From assembly GCA_049968755.1 (NCBI GenBank), contig JBMFQE010000010.1, positions 28,872 to 92,871 on the forward strand: 64,000 nucleotides of DNA, read 5' to 3'. Shown here piece by piece: positions 18,994-29,465 of this stretch (position 1 is the stretch's first letter; the number at the start of each line of letters is the position of its first letter). The translations under genes were made by a program, and so were the position numbers. Source of the stretch: Bacteroidales bacterium (lineage in GTDB: Bacteria > Bacteroidota > Bacteroidia > Bacteroidales > DTGW01). The notes under the pieces are model-generated. The model saw only the letters and a list, made by a program, of their open reading frames with translations. It made no database searches and was not told the DNA's origin.

Positions 18994-19713
18994 TTATAGC
19001 ATGTTAGCAAATCGGTATTGTTTCAGCAGTTGGCGTCTGGCTTGATAGTCGGGCACCATCGATGACAAAAATGCCCAATAGGCAGCGCTGTGGTTCTTAT
19101 GCAAGGTATGTGCCAACTCATGCAAAATCACATAATCACACAGTGCCTGCGGCAAAAATACTAATCTGTAATTCAGACTGATTGAATTTGAACCAGAGCA
19201 GCTACCCCAACGACTCAACGCACTACTCAGCTTTAACCGTTGATAACTAAGCCGGTGCCGAAAGGCAAGTTCCTCTGTCCGTTTGCTTAAATAGTCCAGC
19301 GATTGTTTACGAATCAACTGCATAACATGCCTGTGTATATACTGCTGAAATTCATTGGCAGTACTGTCACCAGTAAAGTAAAGATAAAACCGACCAGGCT
19401 TCTGAACAAGCCTAAAACCCTGCATTTCCCGATTGTCTATGTATACATGAATCTTTCCAAACAACGTTTCGATAACTTGCTGATCATAAAAATTAAACTT
19501 AAACTTTAACTCATTATATTTAGTACGCACCCATTCAATATTTTTCAGCAAAAAATTTTCCCCCTCACTAAAGCTTACTCGATAGGGAATGCTTACCCTC
19601 ACATGGCGCGGAGTAACCCTGATGGTTATGCGACGATTGATTCGGGTCTTTACGATATTGATGGTACCTATGTCGGGCAAAACAACCTGCTTACGGGTTA
19701 AAGTATAGGTCAT
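18994..19713 (-). CDS. YgjP/DUF45 (M48-like) zinc-dependent hydrolase
   Basis: SRWGSCS, DYVILHELAH, NHSAAYW. Confidence 0.9.
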   Translation of the reverse strand: MTYTLTRKQVVLPDIGTINIVKTRINRRITIRVTPRHVRVSIPYRVSFSEGENFLLKNIEWVRTKYNELKFKFNFYDQQVIETLFGKIHVYIDNREMQGFRLVQKPGRFYLYFTGDSTANEFQQYIHRHVMQLIRKQSLDYLSKRTEELAFRHRLSYQRLKLSSALSRWGSCSGSNSISLNYRLVFLPQALCDYVILHELAHTLHKNHSAAYWAFLSSMVPDYQARRQLLKQYRFANML

Positions 19714-19797
19714 ATTAAAAGACTTATTTTCAAATGCTTATATTAAAAAACAATTTAAATTAAAATTTATATATTATTAATTTTTAATAAAATATAA

Positions 19798-20772
19798 TCA
19801 TTTATTTCGATATATAATATAATCAACTAATTTTTTTAATGCTATATTTCCCTGATTTCCATCGTATTTTGATAAAATATCTAATGCTTTACTTCTATAT
19901 TTATCAAGATACTGCTGAGCATCCTCAATCCCCCCCTGGCCGACGACAAAGTCTGTAATTTCCTCAATCGTTTCCTGATTTTTACGATCAAAATTTAGCA
20001 AACGTATTATATGATTGCGTTTCGACGCCGATACCTTGCGCAATGCCAGAATCAGTGGTAAGGTAAACTTCTTTTCCTGAATATCATTGCCTATTGGTTT
20101 ACCTATCAAACCTTTCTTCTGGTAGTCAAAAATATCATCTTTTATTTGAAAAGCTATTCCAATGGTTTCACCAAATTCATGCATAGCCCGCAATATAGTT
20201 TCATCCCGGGTAACCGACTGGGCGCCCACTACAGTACTGGCCTTTATCAGTGAGGCAGTTTTTTTACTTATAATTTTAAAATAATTTTCGATATCAATTA
20301 TTAATTTCCTGGATGTCTGTATCTGAAGAAGTTCTCCTTCACTCATTTCTTTCACTGCTTGCGATATGGTTTCCAGCATATCGTATTCTTTCTCCTTCAC
20401 CGAAAGCAATAATCCACGCGATAGAAAGTAATCACCCACCAGCACTGCAATTTTGGTTTTCCAAATCGCATTTATGCTAAAATGATTTCTACGTTCATAC
20501 GATTCATCCACCACGTCGTCATGGATGAGCGTGGCTGTGTGAAGCAGTTCAATAAAAGCCGCCGCATTATAGGTCGATCGATTTACTTCACCAAACATTT
20601 TAGCGGTCAAAAATACCAGTAACGGACGTATTTGTTTTCCCTTGTGACGTACCGTATAGCGAATTATTGTATTGAGCAATGGAATCGTCGAATCCAGATT
20701 GCGCTGAAAATAAGCCTCAAACTGTTCAATATCATCCTTTACCGGCAACTTTATTTCATCCAATATGTCCAT
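19798..20772 (-). CDS. Polyprenyl diphosphate synthase (IspB-like)
   Basis: GKQIRP, LIHDDVVD..RR (FARM), KTA, FQIKDDIFD (SARM). Confidence 0.92.
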   Translation of the reverse strand: MDILDEIKLPVKDDIEQFEAYFQRNLDSTIPLLNTIIRYTVRHKGKQIRPLLVFLTAKMFGEVNRSTYNAAAFIELLHTATLIHDDVVDESYERRNHFSINAIWKTKIAVLVGDYFLSRGLLLSVKEKEYDMLETISQAVKEMSEGELLQIQTSRKLIIDIENYFKIISKKTASLIKASTVVGAQSVTRDETILRAMHEFGETIGIAFQIKDDIFDYQKKGLIGKPIGNDIQEKKFTLPLILALRKVSASKRNHIIRLLNFDRKNQETIEEITDFVVGQGGIEDAQQYLDKYRSKALDILSKYDGNQGNIALKKLVDYIIYRNK

Positions 20773-20811
20773 ATAATCAATTAGGTAAATTCCCAACTTA
20801 CGAATTTACGT

Positions 20812-20843
20812 ATAAAATAAAATCCATGCAACTTGCATGGATT
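20812..20843 (-). terminator. Putative terminator after atpG
   Basis: AATCCATGCA-act-TGCATGGATT perfect hairpin with a U-rich tail on the minus strand; second hairpin at 20849-20870. Confidence 0.6.
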
Positions 20844-20878
20844 GAATTGTGCAAAAGAAATTTTTTGCACTTTAAGGA

Positions 20879-21781
20879 TTATCCCTTTAGAGCTTCAGCA
20901 CCCCCGACAATTTCCAGAATTTCACTCGTAATGGATGCCTGTCGTGCCTTATTATAGTTAAGCGTCAGCTGACGTAACAATTCCGTCGCATTGTCGGTGG
21001 CCTTGTGCATAGCTGTCATTCGGGCACCGTGTTCCGATGCTGCCGAGTCGAGCAAGGCGCGGAAAAATAGCGATTTCAGATAAACAGGAACAATTTCAGC
21101 AATAATGGCTTCCTTGCCCGGCTCTAAAATATAATCATTTACATAAGTTAATACCGACGATAGTTTGGCATCTTTTTTACGGGATTTTGGCAGAGATAGA
21201 GGTAAAAATTGTTCCCAAACCAATTCCTGCACTGCCGCATTTTTAAATTTATTGTAAACCAATACTACTCTATCAAATTGTCCACCCTGGTACAATCCTA
21301 TAATTTTTTCAGCAATCTGCGAAGCACTAGAAAATTGCGGACGTTCCACTACTTCAGGATACTCGGCCAGCAGCGGATATTTTTTTGCCCGAAGGTAATC
21401 AGCTCCTTTTTTTCCCATGCAAATAAATTGCAATTTTTTTGACTGCATTGATTGCCGAAACTCGTTATGCGCTAATGACAAGGCCAATTTTATAGCATTG
21501 TTGTTGAATGCTCCGCATAATCCCCTATTTGAAGTTACCAGTACAATCAAAATACGGTCACTGCCCCGTTGTGCAAAAAATGTTTTATCCTCATATCCAT
21601 CGTTGTACTGATACAAATTCCCAAGTATCCCCGACAGTTTTGACACGTATGGGCGCAACTGTAGCACTGCATCCTGCGCGCGTTTCAGCTTAGCCGCTGA
21701 TACCATTTTCATGGCACTGGTAATTTGCCTTGTGGTTGTTACCGAGGCAATCCTTGTACGTATTTCTTTTAAATTGGCCAT
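20879..21781 (-). CDS. atpG: ATP synthase gamma subunit
   Basis: QITSAMKMVSAAK, RGLCGAFN, SEHGARMTAM, RQASITSEILEI. Confidence 0.97.
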   Translation of the reverse strand: MANLKEIRTRIASVTTTRQITSAMKMVSAAKLKRAQDAVLQLRPYVSKLSGILGNLYQYNDGYEDKTFFAQRGSDRILIVLVTSNRGLCGAFNNNAIKLALSLAHNEFRQSMQSKKLQFICMGKKGADYLRAKKYPLLAEYPEVVERPQFSSASQIAEKIIGLYQGGQFDRVVLVYNKFKNAAVQELVWEQFLPLSLPKSRKKDAKLSSVLTYVNDYILEPGKEAIIAEIVPVYLKSLFFRALLDSAASEHGARMTAMHKATDNATELLRQLTLNYNKARQASITSEILEIVGGAEALKG

Positions 21782-21800
21782 CGTTTAACACCTATATGTA

Positions 21801-23381
21801 TCACAAGCTCATTTTTCCTATAACTTTCTCTGCACTCTTTTCCAGCACTGAGGCTATTTCATCATTGAAGTTTCCCTCGCGCAATTGCTTGAGCGTATCT
21901 GCATGCTTTTGCTCGAGGTACTGCAAATATTCCTGTTCAAATTCCTTCACCTTGTGAATAGGAACATCCTTAAGCAATCCCTTGGTTCCACAATAAATGA
22001 TGGCTATTTGTTTTTCAACAGGCAGGGGCGCATGTAATCCCTGTTTTAGTATTTCAACATTTTTTGCTCCCTTATCCAGAATGGCCAGGGTTGCTGCATC
22101 GAGGTCAGAGCCAAATTTGGCAAATGCCTCGAGTTCGCGATACTGTGCCTGGTCGAGTTTAAGAGTACCTGCAACTCGTTTCATCGACTTAATCTGCGCA
22201 TTACCCCCTACACGCGATACCGATATTCCCACGTTGATAGCCGGACGTACGCCTGCGTTGAACAGGTTTGACTCAAGGAAAATCTGTCCGTCGGTAATTG
22301 AAATCACGTTGGTGGGAATATAAGCCGATACGTCGCCAGCCTGCGTTTCAATGATTGGCAAGGCTGTAAGCGAGCCACCCCCCTTAACCATGTGCCGCAT
22401 GGTAACTGGTAAATCATTCATCTGGCGGGCTACTTCGTCCGATTCAATAATTTTTGCAGCGCGTTCGAGCAAGCGCGAATGGAGGTAAAAGATATCTCCG
22501 GGATAGGCTTCACGTCCCGGTGGACGACGCAGCAACAAAGATACTTCACGGTAGGCCACCGCCTGCTTTGATAAATCATCATACACAATCAAAGCATGAC
22601 GACCTGTATCGCGGAAATATTCCCCAATTGCACAGCCTGCAAACGGTGCATAAAACTGCATGGCTGCAGGATCTGATGCCGTGGCCGACACTATCACGGT
22701 ATAATTCATTGCCCCAAATTCCTCGAGCGTTCGTGCAATATTGGCTACGGTTGATCCCTTTTGACCAACAGCTACGTAAATACAATAAACAGGCTTACCT
22801 TTATCGTAAAACTCTTTCTGGTTGATAATGGTGTCTATGGCGATGGATGTTTTCCCGGTTTGACGGTCGCCGATGATAAGCTCACGCTGTCCACGACCTA
22901 TCGGAATCATGGCGTCGATTGCCTTAATACCAGTATTTAAGGGCTCCTTAACCGGCTGACGGAATATTACCCCGGGAGCCTTGCGCTCCAGGGGCATTTC
23001 ATAGGTAGGGCCTGTAATCGGTCCCTTTCCATCGATGGGTTCTCCCAGGGTATTGATCACCCGACCCAACATTCCTTCGCCAACCTCAATCGAGGCTATT
23101 CTTCGTAACCGACGTACGGTATCCCCCTCACGAATATCTTCCGACGAGCCCAAAAGCACTGCCCCAACGTTATCTTCCTCAAGGTTTAATACTATCCCTT
23201 TTACGCCGTTCTCAAATTCTATTAGCTCATTAGCCTGTACCTGTGATAATCCATATATTCTGGCGATACCATCGCCCACCTGGAGTACCGTTCCCACTTC
23301 TTCCATTTCACTCACCGTGGTGGTACCCTCTATGGCCTTTTGCAATATAGCCGATATCTCCGAAGGTTTAATATAAGTCAT
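21801..23381 (-). CDS. atpA: ATP synthase alpha subunit
   Basis: GDRQTGKT P-loop, [23 protein letters not shown]. Confidence 0.98.
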   Translation of the reverse strand: MTYIKPSEISAILQKAIEGTTTVSEMEEVGTVLQVGDGIARIYGLSQVQANELIEFENGVKGIVLNLEEDNVGAVLLGSSEDIREGDTVRRLRRIASIEVGEGMLGRVINTLGEPIDGKGPITGPTYEMPLERKAPGVIFRQPVKEPLNTGIKAIDAMIPIGRGQRELIIGDRQTGKTSIAIDTIINQKEFYDKGKPVYCIYVAVGQKGSTVANIARTLEEFGAMNYTVIVSATASDPAAMQFYAPFAGCAIGEYFRDTGRHALIVYDDLSKQAVAYREVSLLLRRPPGREAYPGDIFYLHSRLLERAAKIIESDEVARQMNDLPVTMRHMVKGGGSLTALPIIETQAGDVSAYIPTNVISITDGQIFLESNLFNAGVRPAINVGISVSRVGGNAQIKSMKRVAGTLKLDQAQYRELEAFAKFGSDLDAATLAILDKGAKNVEILKQGLHAPLPVEKQIAIIYCGTKGLLKDVPIHKVKEFEQEYLQYLEQKHADTLKQLREGNFNDEIASVLEKSAEKVIGKMSL

Positions 23382-23410
23382 ATCCTGATAATTTTATCTG
23401 ATTCTAAAAA

Positions 23411-23956
23411 TTACTTTATCTGAGTTTGTATAAGCTGCTGCTCCAATTTTTTCAACCGTCTGCGAACACTTGCATCAACCTCCTTGTCCGCAATTCTAAG
23501 AATAAATCCTCCAATGATAGAAGCATCATGCTCTGTCGTAATATCTATTTCGCTTTTAAGCTGCTCAACCAACATTGTTTGTATTCTTTGAAGGTTATCC
23601 TCACTCAATGGAAAAGCTGTTTTTACAACAACACGAACTATATTTCGCGCATTATAATACTTTTCAACAAAATCAAGGGCTACAAAAGGAAGTATTTCCT
23701 CTCGCCTATTCTCAAAAATTAAATCCACGGTCGATAGGGTAAGCGGCTGCAATTGAGTAAAAACCTCCCGAAATATTTTCGACTTTTGAGAAGGCTTTAG
23801 CACAGGATTTTCGAGCAAAATCTGAAAGGGTTTACTTTCCCGGTATACGGCATAGAGGAGTTCCATATCGTTTTTTATCTCCTCCAGAACCTTATGTTGT
23901 TCTGCTAAAGCAAACAATGCTTTGGTATAGCGTCCGGCTATGAGTGCTTCATTCAT
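23411..23956 (-). CDS. atpH: ATP synthase delta subunit
   Basis: AGRYTKALF, DASIIGGFILRI...DASV; operon position. Confidence 0.93.
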   Translation of the reverse strand: MNEALIAGRYTKALFALAEQHKVLEEIKNDMELLYAVYRESKPFQILLENPVLKPSQKSKIFREVFTQLQPLTLSTVDLIFENRREEILPFVALDFVEKYYNARNIVRVVVKTAFPLSEDNLQRIQTMLVEQLKSEIDITTEHDASIIGGFILRIADKEVDASVRRRLKKLEQQLIQTQIK

Positions 23957-23999
23957 AATTTTCCAGCAATTTCAGCTATTTAATAAATGCTGCAAGTAT

Positions 24000-24494
24000 T
24001 CAATTTAACCGTATATCCTTTAAATATTTTTCGATTAAATCATTTTGCTTCCCCGCATCACTTATTTTTTCTGCAATAATTTTCTCTGCCATTTGCACGC
24101 TCAGCACAGCAATCTGCATCTTAATTTCGTTGAGCGCATTCTTTTTTTCATTTTCAATGCTCAATTTGGCCTGCTCAATGATTCGCTTTGCCTCTTCCTG
24201 AGCCTTATTTTGCGCATCAGCAATAAGTTTTTCGCGCATTTCCCGGGCCTCCCGAATCATTTTATCTCTTTCTACTCGGGCCTCTGCCAGTATTTTTTCA
24301 TTGTCTGCCTTTAAGCGTGCCATTTCTTCCTTGGCTCGTTCGGCACTCTGCAAGGCATCCTCAATACTCTTTTCCCTATTTTTTAAAGAGTTTAGTATAG
24401 GTTTCCAGGCTAATTTTTTCAATATTAACAATATAATACTGAAAAAAAGTAGCATCCAGAATAATGTACCTACATTGGGTGTAACCAGTTCCAT
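24000..24494 (-). CDS. atpF: ATP synthase F0 subunit b
   Basis: MELVTPNVGTLFW, TM, AWKPIL, coiled coil. Confidence 0.95.
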   Translation of the reverse strand: MELVTPNVGTLFWMLLFFSIILLILKKLAWKPILNSLKNREKSIEDALQSAERAKEEMARLKADNEKILAEARVERDKMIREAREMREKLIADAQNKAQEEAKRIIEQAKLSIENEKKNALNEIKMQIAVLSVQMAEKIIAEKISDAGKQNDLIEKYLKDIRLN

Positions 24495-24517
24495 AGTCCA
24501 AAATTTTATGGTTAATA

Positions 24518-24555
24518 ATACCGGCATCGGGACCAACCGTCACCGATACCGGCAT
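24518..24555 (-). promoter_or_regulatory. Stem-loop between atpE and atpF
   Basis: Minus strand ATGCCGGTATCGG-TGACGGTTGGTC-CCGATGCCGGTAT. Confidence 0.6.
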
Positions 24556-24562
24556 AATCAAA

Positions 24563-24814
24563 TTAAAGGAATAGAATGAGCAAACAAACAATAATTGCGA
24601 AAAATGCAACCCCTTCAACAAGAGCCGCAGCAATAATCATGTTTGTTCGCAAATCTCCTACAGCTTCTGGCTGACGGGCAATTGCCTCCATAAAGTTTCC
24701 ACCAATGAGACCAATCCCCAAACCAGCACCTACAGCAGCTAAACCAGCACCTATACCGGCACCCATTTTAGCTATCCCTGCAGCTTCAAGCAAAATTAAC
24801 AATGTAGTAAGCAT
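24563..24814 (-). CDS. atpE: ATP synthase F0 subunit c
   Basis: GAGLGIG, ARQPE loop, ALVEGVAFF. Confidence 0.97.
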   Translation of the reverse strand: MLTTLLILLEAAGIAKMGAGIGAGLAAVGAGLGIGLIGGNFMEAIARQPEAVGDLRTNMIIAAALVEGVAFFAIIVCLLILFL

Positions 24815-24833
24815 ATACGTATAGTATTAAAAA

Positions 24834-25946
24834 TTAGTGACTCTCATGAGGTTCAGCTGTGGCCAGCCCAAAATATATCGACGACAGCAGCGTGAATACA
24901 TAGGCCTGAATAAGCGCAACCAATAACTCAAGCAAGCCCATAAAAATGCTGAACGCAGCTGAAAGAGGTGAAATGGCATAACCCAGCAAAGGATGAAATT
25001 CGGCAAATATAAAAATCAAACTTACAAACGCTAGGATAATAAGGTGTCCTGCAACAATATTGGCAAAAAGTCGCACCATCAATACCACAGGTTTAATGAA
25101 TAGACCCAATAATTCTATAAGAGGCATCAATGGAATGGGGAACTTAAGCCACCAGGGAACTCCCGGTGCATTGTATATTTCCTGCCAATAATGCTTATTT
25201 CCGCTGAAGGTTGTAATTATAAAGGTAAACAACGCCATTACTCCCGTTACCGCAATGTTCCCAGTAACATTGGCACCTCCAGGAAAAATAGGAATTAGCC
25301 CCAACATATTATTGAACCAGATGAAAAAAAACAGGGTTAACAAATAGGGCAGATATTTTTCGTACTTATCTTCCCCAATCGTCGAACGGGCTACATCATC
25401 ACGAATAAATAATATAAATGGCTCAAGTGCCGACTGTAACCCCTTAGGTGCACTGTGTGGATATTTTTGGTAACGTCGAGCAATGGAAATGAATATCCAA
25501 AGAATCAGGATACATGAAAGGAAGATAGAAAATACAACTTTGGTTATCGACAAATCGAGCGGCAAAATTTCACCAGACTCAGTTTCTTCAACTATTTTAC
25601 CTTTATAGGGGCCCTCGGTCGCTAGTCTGAAATTTTTATATGATTTTTCACCATGATGAAATTTTGAGGAAAGAAAAACATGCCATCCCGAGACGCGGCT
25701 ATACAGGATAACCGGTAAAGGGATAGAAATGTGATGTGCTCCGACAGTAATGATGTGCCATTCATGACTATCGAGTATATGCTCAAGCATAAACTCACCC
25801 GGTGCAAATTTTTCCGAAGTATGCTCTAATTTAGCTGTATCGCTAATGATAGCCGCTGTATCACCGACAATAGTTTCCGCTGTTAGTTTTCCGCTTAACC
25901 CAACAACCATTATTGCTACTGCCAACAGTCGTCTAATGGACCCCAT
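24834..25946 (-). CDS. atpB: ATP synthase F0 subunit a
   Basis: LMVRLFANIVAGH, LIQAYVFTLLS; Bacteroidota-type N-terminal extension. Confidence 0.96.
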   Translation of the reverse strand: MGSIRRLLAVAIMVVGLSGKLTAETIVGDTAAIISDTAKLEHTSEKFAPGEFMLEHILDSHEWHIITVGAHHISIPLPVILYSRVSGWHVFLSSKFHHGEKSYKNFRLATEGPYKGKIVEETESGEILPLDLSITKVVFSIFLSCILILWIFISIARRYQKYPHSAPKGLQSALEPFILFIRDDVARSTIGEDKYEKYLPYLLTLFFFIWFNNMLGLIPIFPGGANVTGNIAVTGVMALFTFIITTFSGNKHYWQEIYNAPGVPWWLKFPIPLMPLIELLGLFIKPVVLMVRLFANIVAGHLIILAFVSLIFIFAEFHPLLGYAISPLSAAFSIFMGLLELLVALIQAYVFTLLSSIYFGLATAEPHESH

Positions 25947-26064
25947 CTTTGTGCCTTTTAAGTCGAATGTAAAGAAAGTTTAAATAGCAAACTTGTGTAA
26001 CTAACAAAAAAACAATACGTTACTATTGTTGCTTGTTTTTCAGATTAAAAGTACAAAGTTATAA

Positions 26065-26487
26065 TTATTTTGTATTGTTCTGAGATTTTTGAATACTTTT
26101 TAGCGACTTTGTTACCAATACAATCTCAAAAATGGTAAATACCAGATAATTAATTACATAAAGTATAAGAAAAATTTTCAAGTGAGTCTTGAAAAAGAAA
26201 AGACAGCATACCAACACCACCAGATATAGCAATAACTTTGTAATGGAAAGTATCATATAGCCATTTACAAATTTCGCAGGTCGTTCGATACCAAGCCTAA
26301 GGGTAAACGCATAAAAAACTGCGGATGTAAAATAGAAAAACATGGACAATCCTAAGCCTATTAAAAAGGATGTATTCAAAAACTGCCCAGGGCGGGTGAT
26401 CAAGAAAAACAATAGCATGGATAGGTTAAGCACAATGAACCATATCAATGCCTTTCTTAAAAAGAAGATTAATGAAGATTTCATCAT
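26065..26487 (-). CDS. Four-TM membrane protein, AtpI-like
   Basis: Hydrophobic, FVNGYM...KL motif, directly upstream of atpB. Confidence 0.65.
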   Translation of the reverse strand: MMKSSLIFFLRKALIWFIVLNLSMLLFFLITRPGQFLNTSFLIGLGLSMFFYFTSAVFYAFTLRLGIERPAKFVNGYMILSITKLLLYLVVLVCCLFFFKTHLKIFLILYVINYLVFTIFEIVLVTKSLKSIQKSQNNTK

Positions 26488-26585
26488 AATAAAATTAATT
26501 TTTATAGGTATGATGGAACACCCCTGTTCGCAATTTTATCACTATTGTGTTTGCGTTCGCAGGAACATGGGTGTTTCATCATAAT
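26479..26585. repeat. Dispersed ~105-bp imperfect-palindrome element, copy 1
   Basis: Arms 26509-26529 and 26563-26583 are complementary at 19/21 positions; homologous to 53091-53193. Confidence 0.85.
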
Positions 26586-26597
26586 TTCCGGAATGTT

Positions 26598-26807
26598 TCA
26601 TTTTTTTCTGAGGAACTCACGAATGGCCAGATAAAATGCCAGAGCTGAAAAGACAATGGTAAATACAATTAAAAAAATAGGCTTCGTACGAAGCCAATCG
26701 TCCACTTTATAACCAGCAAACACTCCTACAATTATTGTAAATATCAATTGCAGAAAAACTGAAGAATAACGTACATAATTACGTATCCATTCCTGCGGGT
26801 CGTTCAT
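26598..26807 (-). CDS. AtpZ/AtpI family (ATPase gene 1) protein
   Basis: Two TMs with GYKVDDWL motif; position ahead of the atp genes. Confidence 0.85.
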   Translation of the reverse strand: MNDPQEWIRNYVRYSSVFLQLIFTIIVGVFAGYKVDDWLRTKPIFLIVFTIVFSALAFYLAIREFLRKK

Positions 26808-27187
26808 GCATTTTTCTTTTCCTGGGTATAAGCCGCATTACCATCCAGCATTTTGCAGGTACCATTAAATTTACAACCGGGCTCAACAGAGATTCGTCCC
26901 ACAAACACTTCTCCCAAAATATTGGCCGTTGATTTAAGAGATAATAAATCGCTCACAGAGATTTTACCCTCTACATTCCCCAGAATTTCGGCATTTTTGC
27001 AGGTAATTTCACCCTTGATTTTTCCCGATTCTCCTACAATAAGTCTTCCCTTGGTAGAAAGATTACCATTTAATGTTCCATTAATACGAATATCACCATT
27101 GCATGAAATGTCGCCCGTAATAGTTGTTCCGGCTCCCAAAAGATTGATGGTTGACGAATCAAATTGTTCTACTGGTGGCTTAGCCAT
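26804..27187 (-). CDS. Bactofilin (polymer-forming cytoskeletal protein)
   Basis: GTTITGDISCNGDIRINGTLNGN beta-helix repeats, VEPGCKFNGTCKM. Confidence 0.92.
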   Translation of the reverse strand: MAKPPVEQFDSSTINLLGAGTTITGDISCNGDIRINGTLNGNLSTKGRLIVGESGKIKGEITCKNAEILGNVEGKISVSDLLSLKSTANILGEVFVGRISVEPGCKFNGTCKMLDGNAAYTQEKKNA

Positions 27188-27220
27188 AAGATAAGTTTTT
27201 AGGTTAAACGTAAATGATTT

Positions 27221-28234
27221 TTATTTATTGCCCACACTGGCACCATCGTATGCCCATTTGAGGTATATTGCCCCCCACGTAAAACCTGCACCAAAAGAAG
27301 CCAGGATTAAATTATCTCCTTTTTTCAATTGTTTTTCCCATTCCCACAAGCACAACGGTATAGTGGAAGCGGTAGTATTCCCATACCGCTGGATATTAAT
27401 CATTACTTTTTCGGGCGTAAGCTCCATTCGTTTAGCCGTTGCGTCGATAATACGCATATTTGCCTGATGGGGAACCAGATATGCAATATCCTCGGGCGTT
27501 AACTTGTTTCTTTCCATGATTTCGAGCGAAACATCTGCCATTCGTGACACGGCATATTTAAATACCGTTTGCCCTTCCTGGTAAAGATAATGCTCTCCGC
27601 GGGCAAGTGTTTCCAGCGATGTGGGATTGGCTGAGCCTCCAGCCTTGATTAACAAATGCTTATAGCCCATACCATCGGTTCGCAGGATATAATCCATCAG
27701 GCCTACTTCTTCTGTAGTAGGTTCCAACAATGTGGCAGTACCAGCATCACCAAATAGCGGACAGGTGGTTCTATCGGCATAATTGGTAATTGCCGACATT
27801 TTTTCGGCCGTAACCAATAAAACACGCTTGTATTCACCCGATTCTACAAATTTGGAAGCCACTTCCAACGCATATAGATATCCCGAGCATGCTGCAGAAA
27901 TATCGAAGCTCCATGCATTTTTGATACCTACCTTGTCGCTGATTACATTTGCCGTGGCAGGCAGCGGATAGTCGGGTGTAATTGTTGCACACACCAAAAG
28001 CTCAATATCATCGGGTCCCAACCCCGTTTTTTTAAAGAGGTTCAGCACAGCTTCAGCGCCAAGTTCCGATGCTCCCTTATTCCGGTCTTTTAATATTCTC
28101 CGCTCCTTGATGCCTATGCGCTGCATAATCCATTCGTCCGATGTATCGACCATCTTACTTAAATCATCATTCGTTAGTACGTCGTTTGGTAATGCAGCTG
28201 CGATAGCAGTAATTGCCGATCTTATTTTTTTCAT
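27221..28234 (-). CDS. fabH: 3-oxoacyl-ACP synthase III
   Basis: [33 protein letters not shown]. Confidence 0.96.
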   Translation of the reverse strand: MKKIRSAITAIAAALPNDVLTNDDLSKMVDTSDEWIMQRIGIKERRILKDRNKGASELGAEAVLNLFKKTGLGPDDIELLVCATITPDYPLPATANVISDKVGIKNAWSFDISAACSGYLYALEVASKFVESGEYKRVLLVTAEKMSAITNYADRTTCPLFGDAGTATLLEPTTEEVGLMDYILRTDGMGYKHLLIKAGGSANPTSLETLARGEHYLYQEGQTVFKYAVSRMADVSLEIMERNKLTPEDIAYLVPHQANMRIIDATAKRMELTPEKVMINIQRYGNTTASTIPLCLWEWEKQLKKGDNLILASFGAGFTWGAIYLKWAYDGASVGNK

Positions 28235-28247
28235 TATCTCCAATTCG

Positions 28248-29210
28248 TTATGCTACAGAATATTCCTTAAATGCTTCGGTAAGTTTATCAACCAGATTGG
28301 CATGTATTACATGATATGTCTGAAGAATCATATTTTTAATAGCCTTTCCACTGGAAATACCATGTCCGATTACAGCAACTCCATTAATTCCCAGGACGGG
28401 TGTTCCTCCAAAATTTTCGTAATTAAATTTTTCGAAGAAAGCATCATGAATATCACGACTTTTAACCAGATCGTAAATAGCCTCCGAGCTTTTTAGTATG
28501 ATGTTACCTACAAAGCCATCGCACACCATCACGTCAGTTTTTTCGTTAGAAAAGAAATCATGACCCTCTACATTTCCAACAAAATTGATGCTCTTGCACT
28601 CGCGCATGAGAGGATAGGTAGCCTTTGTAAGCAGATTACCCTTTTCTTCCTCACTTCCGATGTTAAGAAGGGCTACTCGTGGCCTCTGGATACCAAAAAC
28701 ATGCTCCATGTAGAGCGAACCCATGATTCCATATTGAACCAATACCTCTGGTTTCGCATCAGGATTCAAGCCTACATCTAGCAATAAGATTGGGGTATCG
28801 CCAATGGTAGGAACAAACGTTGCAATAGCAGGCCGAATGATTCCGGGAATAGCTTTTAGTACCATCATGGCACCCACCATCATAGCACCCGTATTGCCTG
28901 CACTGGCAAAACCCTGTATACGACCACTTTTGAGTAATTTGAATCCCAGCGGAATTGAAGCATCTGGTTTTTGCTGATAAGCTCTAGAAGGATTATCGCC
29001 CATCCCTATAAATTCACTGGTATGCTCAATTTCCCACAGGGAATTATCTATACCATTTGCACTGGCATACTGCTCGATGATACTTCGGTCGCCGATACAA
29101 ACCACTTTTGCCTCTTCACCCGCAAGCTTTTTCGCAGCCATTGCTGCACCCTCCAGTACTGCCGCTGGTGCATAATCCCCTCCAAAAATATCAACACCTA
29201 TTCTTACCAT
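28248..29210 (-). CDS. plsX: Phosphate acyltransferase
   Basis: [41 protein letters not shown]. Confidence 0.95.
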   Translation of the reverse strand: MVRIGVDIFGGDYAPAAVLEGAAMAAKKLAGEEAKVVCIGDRSIIEQYASANGIDNSLWEIEHTSEFIGMGDNPSRAYQQKPDASIPLGFKLLKSGRIQGFASAGNTGAMMVGAMMVLKAIPGIIRPAIATFVPTIGDTPILLLDVGLNPDAKPEVLVQYGIMGSLYMEHVFGIQRPRVALLNIGSEEEKGNLLTKATYPLMRECKSINFVGNVEGHDFFSNEKTDVMVCDGFVGNIILKSSEAIYDLVKSRDIHDAFFEKFNYENFGGTPVLGINGVAVIGHGISSGKAIKNMILQTYHVIHANLVDKLTEAFKEYSVA

Positions 29211-29238
29211 GAGTAATTGCTTCTTTCAGGTGCCAAAA

Positions 29239-29424
29239 TTACACCGTAACCTCTTTTGCAATTGCTAATTTACCCCTATAATAACCACACTCCGGACATA
29301 CCCTGTGCATGCGAACGGTTGCCCCACAATTAGAACATTTCGTAACAGCAGGGGCTGTTGCCTTATCATGCGTTCTTCTTTTGTTACGTCTCTGCTTCGA
29401 ATGTCTGTGCTTCGGATTTGGCAT
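29239..29424 (-). CDS. rpmF: 50S ribosomal protein L32
   Basis: MPNPKHRHSK, CSNCG...HRVCPECGYY. Confidence 0.96.
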   Translation of the reverse strand: MPNPKHRHSKQRRNKRRTHDKATAPAVTKCSNCGATVRMHRVCPECGYYRGKLAIAKEVTV

Positions 29425-29465
29425 AACTCAAAATTTTAATGATTCAAAACTTATTTTTATTTCAT

